Source: Thermodesulfobacteriota bacterium
Lineage (GTDB): Bacteria > Desulfobacterota > Desulfobacteria > Desulfobacterales > C00003060
NCBI GenBank assembly: GCA_034189385.1
Contig: JAXHVD010000006.1
Location: forward strand, 39,559-103,558
Length of the DNA stretch: 64,000 bases
Reading direction: 5' to 3'
Positions 1 through 9,071 of this stretch are shown here, piece by piece; positions within the stretch are counted from its first letter, which is position 1, and every line of letters begins with the position of its first letter. The notes beneath the pieces are model-generated. The model saw only the letters and a program-made list of their open reading frames with translations, did no database searches and was not told the origin of the DNA. Both the position numbers and the translations under genes were made by a program.

Positions 1-617
1 TTCATCACGTTGACGACCCCTGCATGGGCGCATCCGAGCAAGATGACGGGCCCTTGATCTGTTTCGATCAAGAGGCTGACGTCGTCCCGTAAGGGATCAT
101 TGCTCATCTTTTCACCGTGTGCCACCTTGAGTCGGTTGTCTGGATGCTCAAAAACGGTCTTCCTCGGGACCTCTCCGGAAAAGAAGAGGCCCGGTGCAAT
201 CTCGGAAAACCCCTCTATGAACTTAAATCGAGCCCCCAGTGCCCCTTCCAGATAATCGCGGGAATACCTGATGCCGATGAAAATACGCTCTTTGCCATCA
301 GACGTCTTCAGCTCCGCATACTTCTTAGTGAAAACGTCTGGATGGGCCATGACCGTCACCCCCCGCCGAGGGTCCAGCACGGCAGGAAGTCCACCTGTGT
401 GATCGTAGTGGCCGTGACTGAGGACCACCGTCTTTACCTCTGCCAGGTTGACCCCCAAGGCCTTTGCATTGCCAGCCAGGGACATCCCTTGGCCCGTGTC
501 AAAAAGGATCTTCTCTTGGCCCCTTTCAATAAGGGCGGAGAATCCATGCTCTCCTGTGATTCCCATTGCCTTGCCGGCAGTATTCTCGCAAAGAACGGTT
601 ATTTTTGTCTGGCCCAT
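1..617 (-). CDS. MBL-fold metallo-hydrolase, C-terminal part cut by the window edge
   Basis: My reverse translation from the ATG at 617 gives MGQTKITVLCENTAGKAMGITGEHGF...VVLSHGHYDHTGG (HxHxDH zinc motif). The frame stays open to position 1. The listed + ORF 117..671 is its antisense shadow. Confidence 0.8.
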   Translation of the reverse strand, partial: MGQTKITVLCENTAGKAMGITGEHGFSALIERGQEKILFDTGQGMSLAGNAKALGVNLAEVKTVVLSHGHYDHTGGLPAVLDPRRGVTVMAHPDVFTKKYAELKTSDGKERIFIGIRYSRDYLEGALGARFKFIEGFSEIAPGLFFSGEVPRKTVFEHPDNRLKVAHGEKMSNDPLRDDVSLLIETDQGPVILLGCAHAGVVNVM

Positions 618-1070
618 AAATCCCTCCGTAATGAAAATGTAGCCTGGCGAGTCTCCTTCGCCAGTTCATAATGGGGTTTTCACTTTGATCTCTTAAGGGT
701 GCCTGGCAGCCCTCTTTTTGAAAGAGCCTCTCCACACTGGTTGTCATGGTCACGAAGCGAACAAAAACAACCTGGGATGAAGTCGCAACGGGGCGTATCA
801 CAGCAGGATCTTATAGTCCAGGATATTCACCACAGCCCCTTTCATCATCCCTTCCTCTGGTCCCGTTAAGCCTCAAGGGGCCCACTGATCAGGTAAGATG
901 GATCCACATGCCAGGATCGGCCCTTTTCAGCCCAGGGACCTTTGCCATGGCAGCCAACTGGAATCTGTTGACACAGGGGCGATTTTATGGCCTTTTAGGC
1001 AGCCATTGGGATACTGCTAAAAAGCGGATCGGCGCGATTTCGCCAGAAAAGGGATCGGGCCGAGGAAGGA

Positions 1071-1256
1071 GTGGTTGTGGGGTTTCTCAGCAAACTCCTT
1101 GGAGGGACTAATCCCCCCAAGGAGACGCCCAAACTGGGGCGAAATGACCTGTGTTGGTGTGGAAGTGGAAAGAAATACAAGAAATGCCATTTAGAGTCAG
1201 ATCTGCGCAAGAAGCGCCATAGGGCCGGGGCCTCCAACTGCACCGCCTCTTCTTGA
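1071..1256 (+). CDS. Small SEC-C motif metal-binding protein
   Basis: The 61-aa ORF contains [14 protein letters not shown], the SecA C-terminal-type Cys/His motif. A GAGGAAGGAG Shine-Dalgarno lies directly upstream; the start is GTG at 1071 or 1077. Confidence 0.65.
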   Translation: MVVGFLSKLLGGTNPPKETPKLGRNDLCWCGSGKKYKKCHLESDLRKKRHRAGASNCTASS

Positions 1257-1431
1257 TCCATATAGAAAGGCGCCGTGAGCGCCTGTGTGTGCCGAAATGG
1301 AGTAAGACACTCCGTGAACAGCATCTCCAGAGGTCCTAGACGTGACGGGCCATGCCATGTCCAAGTATGGGAGAGACCACCGTCACTTTATCAAAAAATG
1401 AGAAAGAGAAGATAGGCAGGGTGAGCGTCCT

Positions 1432-2181
1432 ATGTCGGTGAAGGATGACTTTCTGGTTGACCTGGAAGAAGAGATCCTCTCAGAGGCAGCCCAGAACCTT
1501 TTTTCAAGACGGCTTCGACTTGAAAGAGAGATTGACGCCTTTTTGCAGGCAGCGGCCAACGTTCGGAAGCAAATGGACAAGACACTTACCGCGGCAAGTA
1601 AGCTGCATCAGGTGGTCATCGAACCGAAGAAGCTTTACACAGCATTGGGTATTGAACCAAAGGGGCTTTTAAAGGCACAGAGACCCAAAATGCCTTTGGT
1701 TCCACTGGAGGTCCCCTTTCGCCTTACCATGAAAGGACGTTACCTGGCCCTTGTGGAGTCGTTGTATGCCAAGCTGGCAGCAGAGACAGAAAAATACAAT
1801 CACGGAGAGCCTTACAGAAATCCTGAAACCGATTTGATGACGCGAACGGCCCATTACGAAGAATTGAGGAGATGGCATGAGGAGGTGAATAACCACATAG
1901 TCACAGAGAACAAAAATCGCCCAAGCTACTCGCTGCAGCTTGCCAAGGCGTTTCACACTGATTTGTGCCAGAAAGAGAAGACCCTGGAGCCCTGCACATG
2001 GAGCAGCAATGGCTGCGACCTTGACGAGAGGCTTGCATTTAAGGGCGTCCCTTTTTCGTGTACGGGTTTGGTTGAAATACCGGTGCTCCCACCGGCCCGT
2101 GATATAAGAACAAGGCTTCGCCGCTTCCTCGAAGAAATCTATGACCGTCATTATGGAGAGATTTATCCGTTACTCGTCTGA
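1432..2181 (+). CDS. Hypothetical protein (249 aa, coiled-coil-like N-terminus)
   Basis: Long ORF with protein-like composition and no motif I recognise. Confidence 0.5.
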   Translation: MSVKDDFLVDLEEEILSEAAQNLFSRRLRLEREIDAFLQAAANVRKQMDKTLTAASKLHQVVIEPKKLYTALGIEPKGLLKAQRPKMPLVPLEVPFRLTMKGRYLALVESLYAKLAAETEKYNHGEPYRNPETDLMTRTAHYEELRRWHEEVNNHIVTENKNRPSYSLQLAKAFHTDLCQKEKTLEPCTWSSNGCDLDERLAFKGVPFSCTGLVEIPVLPPARDIRTRLRRFLEEIYDRHYGEIYPLLV

Positions 2182-2243
2182 AGAGGTTAAGCACAGCATT
2201 TCTAAAAGCCATGGGTCCCTTTAGAGGACTCCTTCCCAGCCTC

Positions 2244-3251
2244 CTAGGGCTGAAAAACGTCGGAGATAGATCGAATCTGACGGCATAGCAGCTCAAACTG
2301 TTCAGGATAAAGGGACTGAGGGCCGTCACTCAAGGCCTCTTCAGGGGCGTGATGGACTTCGACCATGAGTCCATGGGCACCCACAGCCACAGATGCGCGA
2401 CTTAAAGGGATGACCTGATCGCGACGTCCGGCTGCATGGCTCGGGTCCACAATGACAGGAAGATGGCTTTCCTTTAGGATGACAGAAACCGCAGAGAGGT
2501 CCAGGGTGTTCCGACTGTGATGGGCAAAGGTGCGAACCCCTCGTTCACAGAGAATCACCTGGGTGTTTCCCGCCTCCAGGATGTATTCCGCTGCCATAAG
2601 CCATTCCTCAATGGTAGCAGCCATACCACGCTTTAAGACAACGGGCTTTGGGGATCGCCCAGCCCTTCGCAGAAGACTGTAGTTTTGCATATTCCTTGTT
2701 CCGATTTGAACGATGTCTGCGTATGCCTCCACCAGATCGAAAACTTCATGATCCAGGGCCTCGGTCACCACGGGAAGCCCAGTCTCTTCCCTGACCTTTG
2801 CAAGGATCTGAAGCCCCTTTTCCCCGAGACCCTGAAAGGAATAGGGCGATGTCCTCGGCTTGAATGCCCCACCTCTAAAAATCTGGCCGCCCGCCTTTTT
2901 GACCAGCCGCGCGATGGTCAAGGCCTGCTCCTCACTTTCTACGGCGCAGGGTCCTGCAACAAGGGTAAGGTATCCGTTTCCAATGGCCACGTCGCCAACT
3001 TTGATGACGGTCCCTTCAGGTTGGAATTCACGACTCACCAATTTGTACGGCCGGGTGACAGGGATGGCGTCCTTGACGCCGGGCATGGCCAGAAAATAGG
3101 AAGGATCCATGGCCCCCTTATTGCGCAGTATCCCTATAGCAGTCCGTTCTCCGCCAGGAATAGGACGGGCCACGCACCCTTTGGCTTCAATGGCAGCGAT
3201 GACCGCATCAATCTCCTCTTGCGTCGCATGTTGATTCATGACTACGAGCAT
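2244..3251 (-). CDS. aroF: 3-deoxy-7-phosphoheptulonate (DAHP) synthase, type I-beta with N-terminal ferredoxin-like regulatory domain
   Basis: The 335-aa product resembles Thermotoga-type DAHP synthase along its whole length (YKLVSREF, GPCAVES, KPRTSPYSFQGLGEKGL, LKRG, CERG, DPSH, ALSDG). Confidence 0.9.
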   Translation of the reverse strand: MLVVMNQHATQEEIDAVIAAIEAKGCVARPIPGGERTAIGILRNKGAMDPSYFLAMPGVKDAIPVTRPYKLVSREFQPEGTVIKVGDVAIGNGYLTLVAGPCAVESEEQALTIARLVKKAGGQIFRGGAFKPRTSPYSFQGLGEKGLQILAKVREETGLPVVTEALDHEVFDLVEAYADIVQIGTRNMQNYSLLRRAGRSPKPVVLKRGMAATIEEWLMAAEYILEAGNTQVILCERGVRTFAHHSRNTLDLSAVSVILKESHLPVIVDPSHAAGRRDQVIPLSRASVAVGAHGLMVEVHHAPEEALSDGPQSLYPEQFELLCRQIRSISDVFQP

Positions 3252-3330
3252 AGGTCTTTTCTCCTTGTCTTATCAGCCTTTTTGCTGGCACAAAAAAGGG
3301 TGTTGCTGACTTCGCCTACAGTCCCCTGCA

Positions 3331-3363
3331 AATAAAAAGGCCGCGCCCCTTTGGGGCCCGGCC
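3331..3363 (-). terminator. Intrinsic terminator (attenuator hairpin) upstream of aroF
   Basis: The minus-strand RNA reads GGCCGGGCCCC-AAA-GGGGCGCGGCC followed by UUUUUAUUU. It lies 80 nt before the aroF ATG and 230 nt after the mtaB stop. Confidence 0.7.
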
Positions 3364-3401
3364 TTTTGATGCTTACTGTAAAATCGTCAGACGCCCTTGG
3401 C

Positions 3402-3491
3402 TCACTCCCGGGAAATAGTGTTCCTCCACCAGCACCAGAAACGCCATTGCATTGTTACCAATTCCTTCATGCCTAATTCCGCCAAATTCAT
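3402..3491 (-). CDS. Candidate aromatic-amino-acid leader peptide (...MQWRFWCWWRNTISRE)
   Basis: The short ORF ends at the TGA at 3402..3404, with possible starts at 3491, 3470 or 3452. The codons TGG CGT TTC TGG TGC TGG TGG give 4 Trp and 1 Phe within 7 codons. It sits between a promoter-like site and the terminator. Confidence 0.5.
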   Translation of the reverse strand: MNLAELGMKELVTMQWRFWCWWRNTISRE

Positions 3492-3498
3492 AAGAAGA

Positions 3499-3527
3499 AC
3501 CATACAGGAGGACCGTTGCCTTGTCAA
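3499..3527 (-). promoter_or_regulatory. Sigma-70-like promoter TTGACA-N17-TATGGT for the aroF leader
   Basis: The -35 tgtcaa (plus strand) is at 3522..3527 and the -10 accata (plus strand) is at 3499..3504, with an exact 17-nt spacer. Confidence 0.5.
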
Positions 3528-3594
3528 GACATGTTCAAATGGACACATTAAGACCTTTCCACGACCCTTGGCAGCGGCTTGATGCCGGAGCAGA

Positions 3595-4929
3595 TTAGGC
3601 TTTGCTCTGGTTTGAAAAAGGAGTGGACAGGCATTGGCCCATGACGATGCTACCATCGACGCTGGTGAGCCTCACTGGAACCAATTGATGGAACAGGTGG
3701 TCACCCCCTTCTACATGGACGGGGATGTAGTTGCCTGTAAAACCCTTGAGGCACCCCGTGGACCTGTCCCGCTTTGCCTCAATCAAGACCTCCTGGGTGG
3801 TACCGATGAATCTGTCGTAGAAGGCCATGCGCTTTGCCTGTCCCATGTCACGCAGTTGCCGGCATCGGTTCTTTATCGTTTCCGGCGACACCCGATCTCT
3901 CAGGCCCTCAGCCCGTGTCCCCACCTGAGGAGAAAAGGGAAACACATGAAGATAGGCCAAAGGGAGTTCTTCAATCAAACGGCAGGTGTTGTCAAAGGCC
4001 TTTTCCGTCTCACCTGGAAACCCTACCAGGACATCGGCCCCTATGGCCACGTCAGGCAACACCTGGGCAAGGTGAAGAATCAAGTCCCGATACAACTTCG
4101 CCCCATAAGGTCGGCGCATCCGCTTGAGCACCTCGTCGTCTCCACTCTGGAGCGGTATATGGAGGTGGTGACAGAGGTGCTCAGAGATAGCCATCTGGTC
4201 AATGATCCCTTCTGATACTTCTCCAGGTTCAATGGAACTGATGCGCAATCGTTGGACCCCTTGGGGTCCCTCTAGAAAACGCAAAAGGTCTGCGAGTGAA
4301 GATGCCGGCGTGAGATCTTGACCATACTGTCCAACATGAATCCCGCACAGCACCACCTCAGAGTACCCTGACGCCTGAAGGGCTCCTATCCTCTCAACGA
4401 CTAACTCGGGCTTCAGGGAACGGCTCCGGCCCCGTGCATAGGGAATGATGCAATACGAGCAGAAGCTGTTACAACCGTCTTGGATCTTGAGAAACGGACG
4501 GGTGCGATCTCCAAACCTCGTCAGGGGAAGGTCCTGAAAAGGACGGGGACTTGAAAGATCTTCCACAAGAGGTGTGGGCGCTAAAGCGTATGTGGCGGAA
4601 TCGGCAAGCAGTGGGATCCGGTCTTTAAGGGATGTGCCCACCACATAGTGGACGCCCGCCATGGAAAGGAAAACCTCTGGAGCCACCTGGGCATAGCACC
4701 CGGTCACCACCACGAGGGCCCCGGGATGATCCCGAATAAGCCTTCTTGTGGCCTGTCTCGACTGGGTCCCTGCCTTTCCGGTCACCGTGCATGTGTTCAC
4801 AATGCAAAGATCTGCCGCAGCACCTTTGCTTGCAAGATGCCATCCCCGGTCTATGAGCTGCTCTGAAATCGCTTCCGATTCATAGCGGTTGACCTTACAT
4901 CCCAACGTGGTGACAACAAACGACTTCAT
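3595..4929 (-). CDS. mtaB: Radical-SAM tRNA methylthiotransferase (MiaB/RimO family, MtaB-like)
   Basis: The 444-aa product has an N-terminal UPF0004 domain (TLGCKVNRYES, VNTCTVT), a radical SAM CxxxCxxC motif (CNSFCSYC) and a C-terminal TRAM-like region. Confidence 0.85.
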   Translation of the reverse strand: MKSFVVTTLGCKVNRYESEAISEQLIDRGWHLASKGAAADLCIVNTCTVTGKAGTQSRQATRRLIRDHPGALVVVTGCYAQVAPEVFLSMAGVHYVVGTSLKDRIPLLADSATYALAPTPLVEDLSSPRPFQDLPLTRFGDRTRPFLKIQDGCNSFCSYCIIPYARGRSRSLKPELVVERIGALQASGYSEVVLCGIHVGQYGQDLTPASSLADLLRFLEGPQGVQRLRISSIEPGEVSEGIIDQMAISEHLCHHLHIPLQSGDDEVLKRMRRPYGAKLYRDLILHLAQVLPDVAIGADVLVGFPGETEKAFDNTCRLIEELPLAYLHVFPFSPQVGTRAEGLRDRVSPETIKNRCRQLRDMGQAKRMAFYDRFIGTTQEVLIEAKRDRSTGCLKGFTGNYIPVHVEGGDHLFHQLVPVRLTSVDGSIVMGQCLSTPFSNQSKA

Positions 4930-4947
4930 GTGCCATGAGCCAAGTGC

Positions 4948-6045
4948 TCAGCCCCTTTCCCTGTCCTTGGCGCTGCCAGTGTCGATCCAGCCGCCACCCA
5001 GAACCCGTTCTCCTTGATAAAAAACAGCCGCCTGGCCGGGCGTAATGGCAAACTGGGGTTTGGAAAAAACAACCTTGGCCCTGTAACTGTCAAGGGGCGT
5101 CATGACCGACGCTGCCTGTCGGTGGCGGTATCGGATACGGGTATGAACGGACATAGGCTCGTCTGGGACCCTTCCATTGATCCAGTTGATATCCACGACG
5201 ACACACGCCTTGCGGGCCAGCTCGGATTCAGTGCCAACGATCAGACGGTTTTGTTCGTTGTCGAGTCGAACCACATAATAGGGTTCTGGCCCAGGGATGC
5301 CGATCCCCCTGCGCTGCCCTATAGTGTAAGCATGGAGCCCCTGGTGAGTTCCCAGCACATCGCCCTGGGAATTGACGATGGCCCCTGGCTTGCGCACAAA
5401 TCCCGCCAGGTTACAGAGGAATGCCTGATAGCTTGGCTGCCGGATGAAGCACAGCTCTTGGCTTTCTCCTTCCACAAAGGCCGTCAAGCCTTGGACCCTG
5501 GCCATTTCCCTGACTTGGTCTTTTGTGTAGGAACCCAAAGGGAGGATGGCTTCACTGAGCTGCCTTTGGGTAAGGCGGGCAAGGAAGTAGGACTGGTCTT
5601 TTCCATGATCCATGCCCCTTAGGAGGGAAAGTTCGCCTCCCTCTTCCCGGCCTATCCTGGCGTAGTGGCCTGTAACAAGGGCTGAAGCACCAAGGGCTTT
5701 GGCATGTTCTAGGACAAAGCCAAACTTGATACGCTCATTGCACACCACACAAGGGTTTGGCGTCTGCCCTGACCGGTAAGTGTCGACAAAATAGTCCACC
5801 ACCTCTCTCCTGAAAGGCTGGCGACAATCCAGTACTTCAAGAGGGATGCCGATCTGATGGGCAGCCCTTTGGGCCTTGGCTTGGACAAGGGCTGGTGGCC
5901 TGGGCGGAAAAGGAGCTTCGAAGGGACCTTCATAACCGGTTAGGAAATGAACACCAATCACTTTGTAGCCTTGCTCTTTGAGCAGGGCGGCTGCAATGGC
6001 GGAGTCAAGGCCGCCGCTCAAGGCAACGGCCACGGTCTTCTTCAT
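4948..6045 (-). CDS. mnmA: tRNA 2-thiouridine(34) synthase MnmA
   Basis: From the internal ATG at 6045 the protein reads MKKTVAVALSGGLDSAIAA (PP-loop SGGxDS), with the conserved NPCVVCN and GHYAR motifs. The 76-aa upstream extension in the ORF track overlaps the preceding gene and is not protein-like. Confidence 0.9.
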   Translation of the reverse strand: MKKTVAVALSGGLDSAIAAALLKEQGYKVIGVHFLTGYEGPFEAPFPPRPPALVQAKAQRAAHQIGIPLEVLDCRQPFRREVVDYFVDTYRSGQTPNPCVVCNERIKFGFVLEHAKALGASALVTGHYARIGREEGGELSLLRGMDHGKDQSYFLARLTQRQLSEAILPLGSYTKDQVREMARVQGLTAFVEGESQELCFIRQPSYQAFLCNLAGFVRKPGAIVNSQGDVLGTHQGLHAYTIGQRRGIGIPGPEPYYVVRLDNEQNRLIVGTESELARKACVVVDINWINGRVPDEPMSVHTRIRYRHRQAASVMTPLDSYRAKVVFSKPQFAITPGQAAVFYQGERVLGGGWIDTGSAKDRERG

Positions 6046-6476
6046 GCTGGCAGCGGGCTTCCTACGGTGTGAATCTCCATTGCCCTGGGCGGGCAGGCAG
6101 GCACACAGAGCCCGCATACACTGCATTTTCTCTTGTTGAACTGAACGCTCATTTCGGGTCGCTTGATCCACAAGGCCCCTGTGGGACACACTGCCGTGCA
6201 GGCACCGCAGTGCGTGCACTTTGTCCTGTTGCGGTCGACCTTCTGGCCCACTGGATGGACCTGTACGCCGCACCCCTTCAGGTATTTAACGCCTTTGTTG
6301 TAATCTTTCCTGGTCCCGGACAGCTCCAAGACCATCACGCCCTCCTTGCGGGGCAATATGGCGGCCTTTAAGATATTGAACTTCAGGTTGTAGTCCTTGG
6401 CCAGGAAACACACGATAGGCTTTTCCACTTCTGTCTTTGGGAACTGGAGCACAAGCATTCTAGAATACATCTTCAC
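6042..6476 (-). CDS. NIL-domain / 2x[4Fe-4S] ferredoxin fusion protein
   Basis: The 144-aa product has an N-terminal NIL-like domain and two CxxCxxCxxxCP clusters (CTHCGACTAVCP, CSVCGLCVPACP). It overlaps the mnmA start by 4 nt. Confidence 0.8.
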   Translation of the reverse strand: MKMYSRMLVLQFPKTEVEKPIVCFLAKDYNLKFNILKAAILPRKEGVMVLELSGTRKDYNKGVKYLKGCGVQVHPVGQKVDRNRTKCTHCGACTAVCPTGALWIKRPEMSVQFNKRKCSVCGLCVPACPPRAMEIHTVGSPLPA

Positions 6477-6524
6477 ACCTCACATTCATATCAAAGCAGT
6501 CACAGCACCTGCGGCCTGTTTCTC

Positions 6525-6553
6525 ACTAAAACAGAACCATCCAGCTTTGTCAA
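6525..6553 (-). promoter_or_regulatory. Candidate promoter TTGACA-N17-TTTAGT for the NIL-Fd/mnmA/mtaB operon
   Basis: The minus strand reads cgTTGACAaagctggatggttctgtTTTAGT, about 45 nt upstream of the ATG at 6476. A GAGGTG Shine-Dalgarno follows. Confidence 0.35.
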
Positions 6554-6756
6554 CGGGCGCCTCTGGGCTTAATGTGGGCGCCAAGGGCCCTTCAGTCATC
6601 TCGCCCTTCATGATCAAGGCCCAGAGAAGGCCTCAGCAGGGCACTCTCGGGTCTATTGTCTCGGTCATGGGAACATCCATTTCCCTGCTGGAGGACACCC
6701 AGTCATCTGGCGCCTTTTCAGGACGCACGGCCAAGGGCCGGGGTTCACTCAGGCAA

Positions 6757-7401
6757 TTACTCGTGGAATGAGTGCCTATAGACGTGAAACATCCTCTGCA
6801 AGGCAGTAAAATTGGCCAGAAAGGCAAGGACCACCAGACCGATGAGGAGCTGCTCCGTGAGAAGTGTAAAGGTTAGCACGATGAAGCGTTCCAATCGCGT
6901 AAAAACCCCCACCCTGCATGAAATCTTCAGTGCACCCGCTCTAGCACGGGCGTAACTTACCATCAACGAGCCAAACATGGTCAAAAAGCACAGCAGTACG
7001 ATGATGTGTTCACCACGGAAAGTGGCCCACCACACGATGCCGAACAAGACGGCTGCATCAGAATATCGATCCAGAAAGGAGTCGAGAAAGGCTCCAAACC
7101 TCGACTCACGGCCTGTTGTCCGGGCCAGGGCCCCGTCTAGGGCATCAAAAGGACCGGACAGAAGCCACAACCACCCACCGATAGAAACATAACCTGCTGC
7201 CACCACCGCACCAGCAGAAGCTGCGGCAAAAAAACCAATCATGGAAAGGAGATTGGGCTGCACTCCTATCTTTGCCAATAGGCGGGAAAGAGGATTTAGT
7301 ATGACCCCTGACCGCTCTTTGGCCCAAGCCGTAAGTGTCCAGTACTCACGGTGCGGCTTTGAGGCCACATGATCCATCACTCTGTTTTTTGACCTGCCCA
7401 A
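6757..7401 (-). CDS. CDP-alcohol phosphatidyltransferase family protein
   Basis: It carries the DG(x)2AR...G(x)3D(x)3D signature (FDALDGALARTTGRESRFGAFLDSFLDRYSD) and multiple hydrophobic helices. The exact start is uncertain. Confidence 0.75.
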   Translation of the reverse strand: MGRSKNRVMDHVASKPHREYWTLTAWAKERSGVILNPLSRLLAKIGVQPNLLSMIGFFAAASAGAVVAAGYVSIGGWLWLLSGPFDALDGALARTTGRESRFGAFLDSFLDRYSDAAVLFGIVWWATFRGEHIIVLLCFLTMFGSLMVSYARARAGALKISCRVGVFTRLERFIVLTFTLLTEQLLIGLVVLAFLANFTALQRMFHVYRHSFHE

Positions 7402-7987
7402 ACCACATCCCCTTGGTCATGCGCAGTAGACGCTTTCTGTATGCCCAGCCCTCATCGTGAGCAGCAGGCCTCAAAGAAAAGGGCCTTCTCCAATTCATTT
7501 GGGATAAAGGGGTCAAGGATTCAGGATCACCCCATCTTTTTTGGAGATGATCCCCAAAAAGACTGCTCATTCTCATGGAGCTTCCAGGCGTTTTTACATG
7601 TGATGGCCTGTGGCGATTGTGACAGCAGGCCACCTTCCGCATTTCGGGAAGCTGTCCAAGAATAGTTAACGTATTGGCATTTTTAGCACAAAATGGAAAA
7701 GACATCAACGGGCTGTTGCCCAAACCAAAAACCCTTTGAGCTGTTCATTGAAGTGTTTTCTTTCAATCCATCTTGGTGAGGCAGGAAACAGGTGATTTCA
7801 ATTGGTTGATCTGCCGTGGCGGTGAGTCCTGGCAACGGTGGGCCCCTTTTCAAGCCGCCACACGCAACGGGCAACGCTCATCCCTGGAGGAGGCCTCAGA
7901 CATCATAAAATGATTCAGAACAAAGCAACAGGGATTTGTCATCGCCAAGATTGAATCCTCCCCGTGGCAAGCTCTTGACCGAGCGCC

Positions 7988-8800
7988 CTACCACAGGATG
8001 CCACGGACCGTCTCTGCCCACCCCCTGGGGCCCTGTTTTCCGGAATAGATGACGGGCCCCGGGGCCGGGACGTACTCCCACCTGCCCGGCTTCTTTCGGA
8101 TCACAACAGGGATGTCCACACACAAAAGCATAGGGATATCGTTGGCACTATCTCCCAACCCCACTGTCTGAAGCCGTGCGTCGGGATCTGTCTCCTCGTA
8201 AAGCCTCTTTAGAATCTGGACTGCCTTTCCCTTGTCATTCTGGCCTATGATGTGGTAAAAACGGCCTCCCCTAGTAACCCTCAGCCCCTCTTCCTGTAAG
8301 CCCCCTTCAAGGAGTCTCATGCGATCGGGTGTGTCAGAAAAGACAAATGGTTCTGTGTACTCACGCATGGCGGCTAGCCGTGCTTCTTCAAGGGGAAGCG
8401 CAGTAAGGGCACCAATCTCCTGGAGGGTCATTTCCGAAAATCCTCTCATACGCAAGTCATTCGTATTCTTGATTCTATCCCAGGCATCACAGATCACAGC
8501 GTAAGGTGTTCCCAACTCCACCACCTGATAGGGTCCCTTGTCAACAAAGCCTTGGCTCTTCATGTTCAGCATCCCGCGGGGGACAAAGATGGCTGCGCCG
8601 TTCTCTACAACAAAGGGCGCCTTGAGACCCATCCTTTGTTGACATGTTTCTATTTCAGCCCGTGTCTTGCTACTGCAAATGATCACCGGAATAGATCTCT
8701 TGTTGAGACCCTCCAAAATATCTCGTGCATCCTCAAAGGCGTAGGTGTCATGATCCATGAGGGTACCGTCCAGGTCGGTGAAAACGATGGTCTTTTTCAT
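7988..8800 (-). CDS. HAD-IIB phosphatase, mannosyl-/glucosyl-3-phosphoglycerate phosphatase-like
   Basis: From the ATG at 8800 the protein reads MKKTIVFTDLDGTL (HAD motif I), followed by ICSSKT and GDSANDIPML motifs typical of MpgP/YedP-type enzymes. Confidence 0.7.
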   Translation of the reverse strand: MKKTIVFTDLDGTLMDHDTYAFEDARDILEGLNKRSIPVIICSSKTRAEIETCQQRMGLKAPFVVENGAAIFVPRGMLNMKSQGFVDKGPYQVVELGTPYAVICDAWDRIKNTNDLRMRGFSEMTLQEIGALTALPLEEARLAAMREYTEPFVFSDTPDRMRLLEGGLQEEGLRVTRGGRFYHIIGQNDKGKAVQILKRLYEETDPDARLQTVGLGDSANDIPMLLCVDIPVVIRKKPGRWEYVPAPGPVIYSGKQGPRGWAETVRGILW

Positions 8801-8961
8801 GTTCCTACGAGCGGTGTGGCACAAACAAGTCTAGTTTCCATCCAAGACCTTTGCGCAACCCCTTCTGAATTGGAAACTGACGCAAGCCCCACCTCTTTCT
8901 TGGGCGTTCGTGGATGGGCACCAGCCCAATGCCTATGGCCGACAATTTTTGCAGGGAGACG

Positions 8962-8990
8962 TTGACCTATGCCCTTATATATAATATACA
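8962..8990 (+). promoter_or_regulatory. Candidate promoter TTGACC-N17-TATACA inside a TA-rich tract
   Basis: TTGACC is at 8962..8967 and TATACA at 8985..8990. The site is embedded in ttatatataatatacatatatat (8975..8997), upstream of the glycosyltransferase gene. Confidence 0.3.
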
Positions 8991-9071
8991 TATATATCTG
9001 AGAACACCATGGTTTTTTGATCTCCAGGGCGCCCTTCTGCCGGAAAGGGACCCGAGGCAACTAGGGGGAGG

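Noticed and set aside
117-671. Long + strand ORF (184 aa), plus similar antisense or alternate-frame ORFs at 2685..3335, 41248..42048, 48964..49962, 52876..53559 and 55446..56141.
   Set aside because: Each lies opposite to, or out of frame with, a gene that has clear family motifs. Their translations are low-complexity (Arg/Gly/Pro/His-rich) with no motifs. They are shadow ORFs typical of GC-rich DNA.
6046-6273. A 76-aa N-terminal extension of mnmA in the ORF track (start at 6273).
   Set aside because: The extension overlaps the NIL-ferredoxin gene in another frame and is not protein-like. The PP-loop N-terminus MKKTVAVALSGG begins at the ATG at 6045.
7402-7987. The 585-nt gap (and the similar gap at 39896..40493), examined for ncRNA genes (6S, SRP, RNase P, tmRNA) or selenoprotein-type interrupted ORFs.
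   Set aside because: I found no conserved ncRNA core sequences, no convincing terminators, and no protein-like frames on either side of in-frame TGA codons. I left them unannotated.
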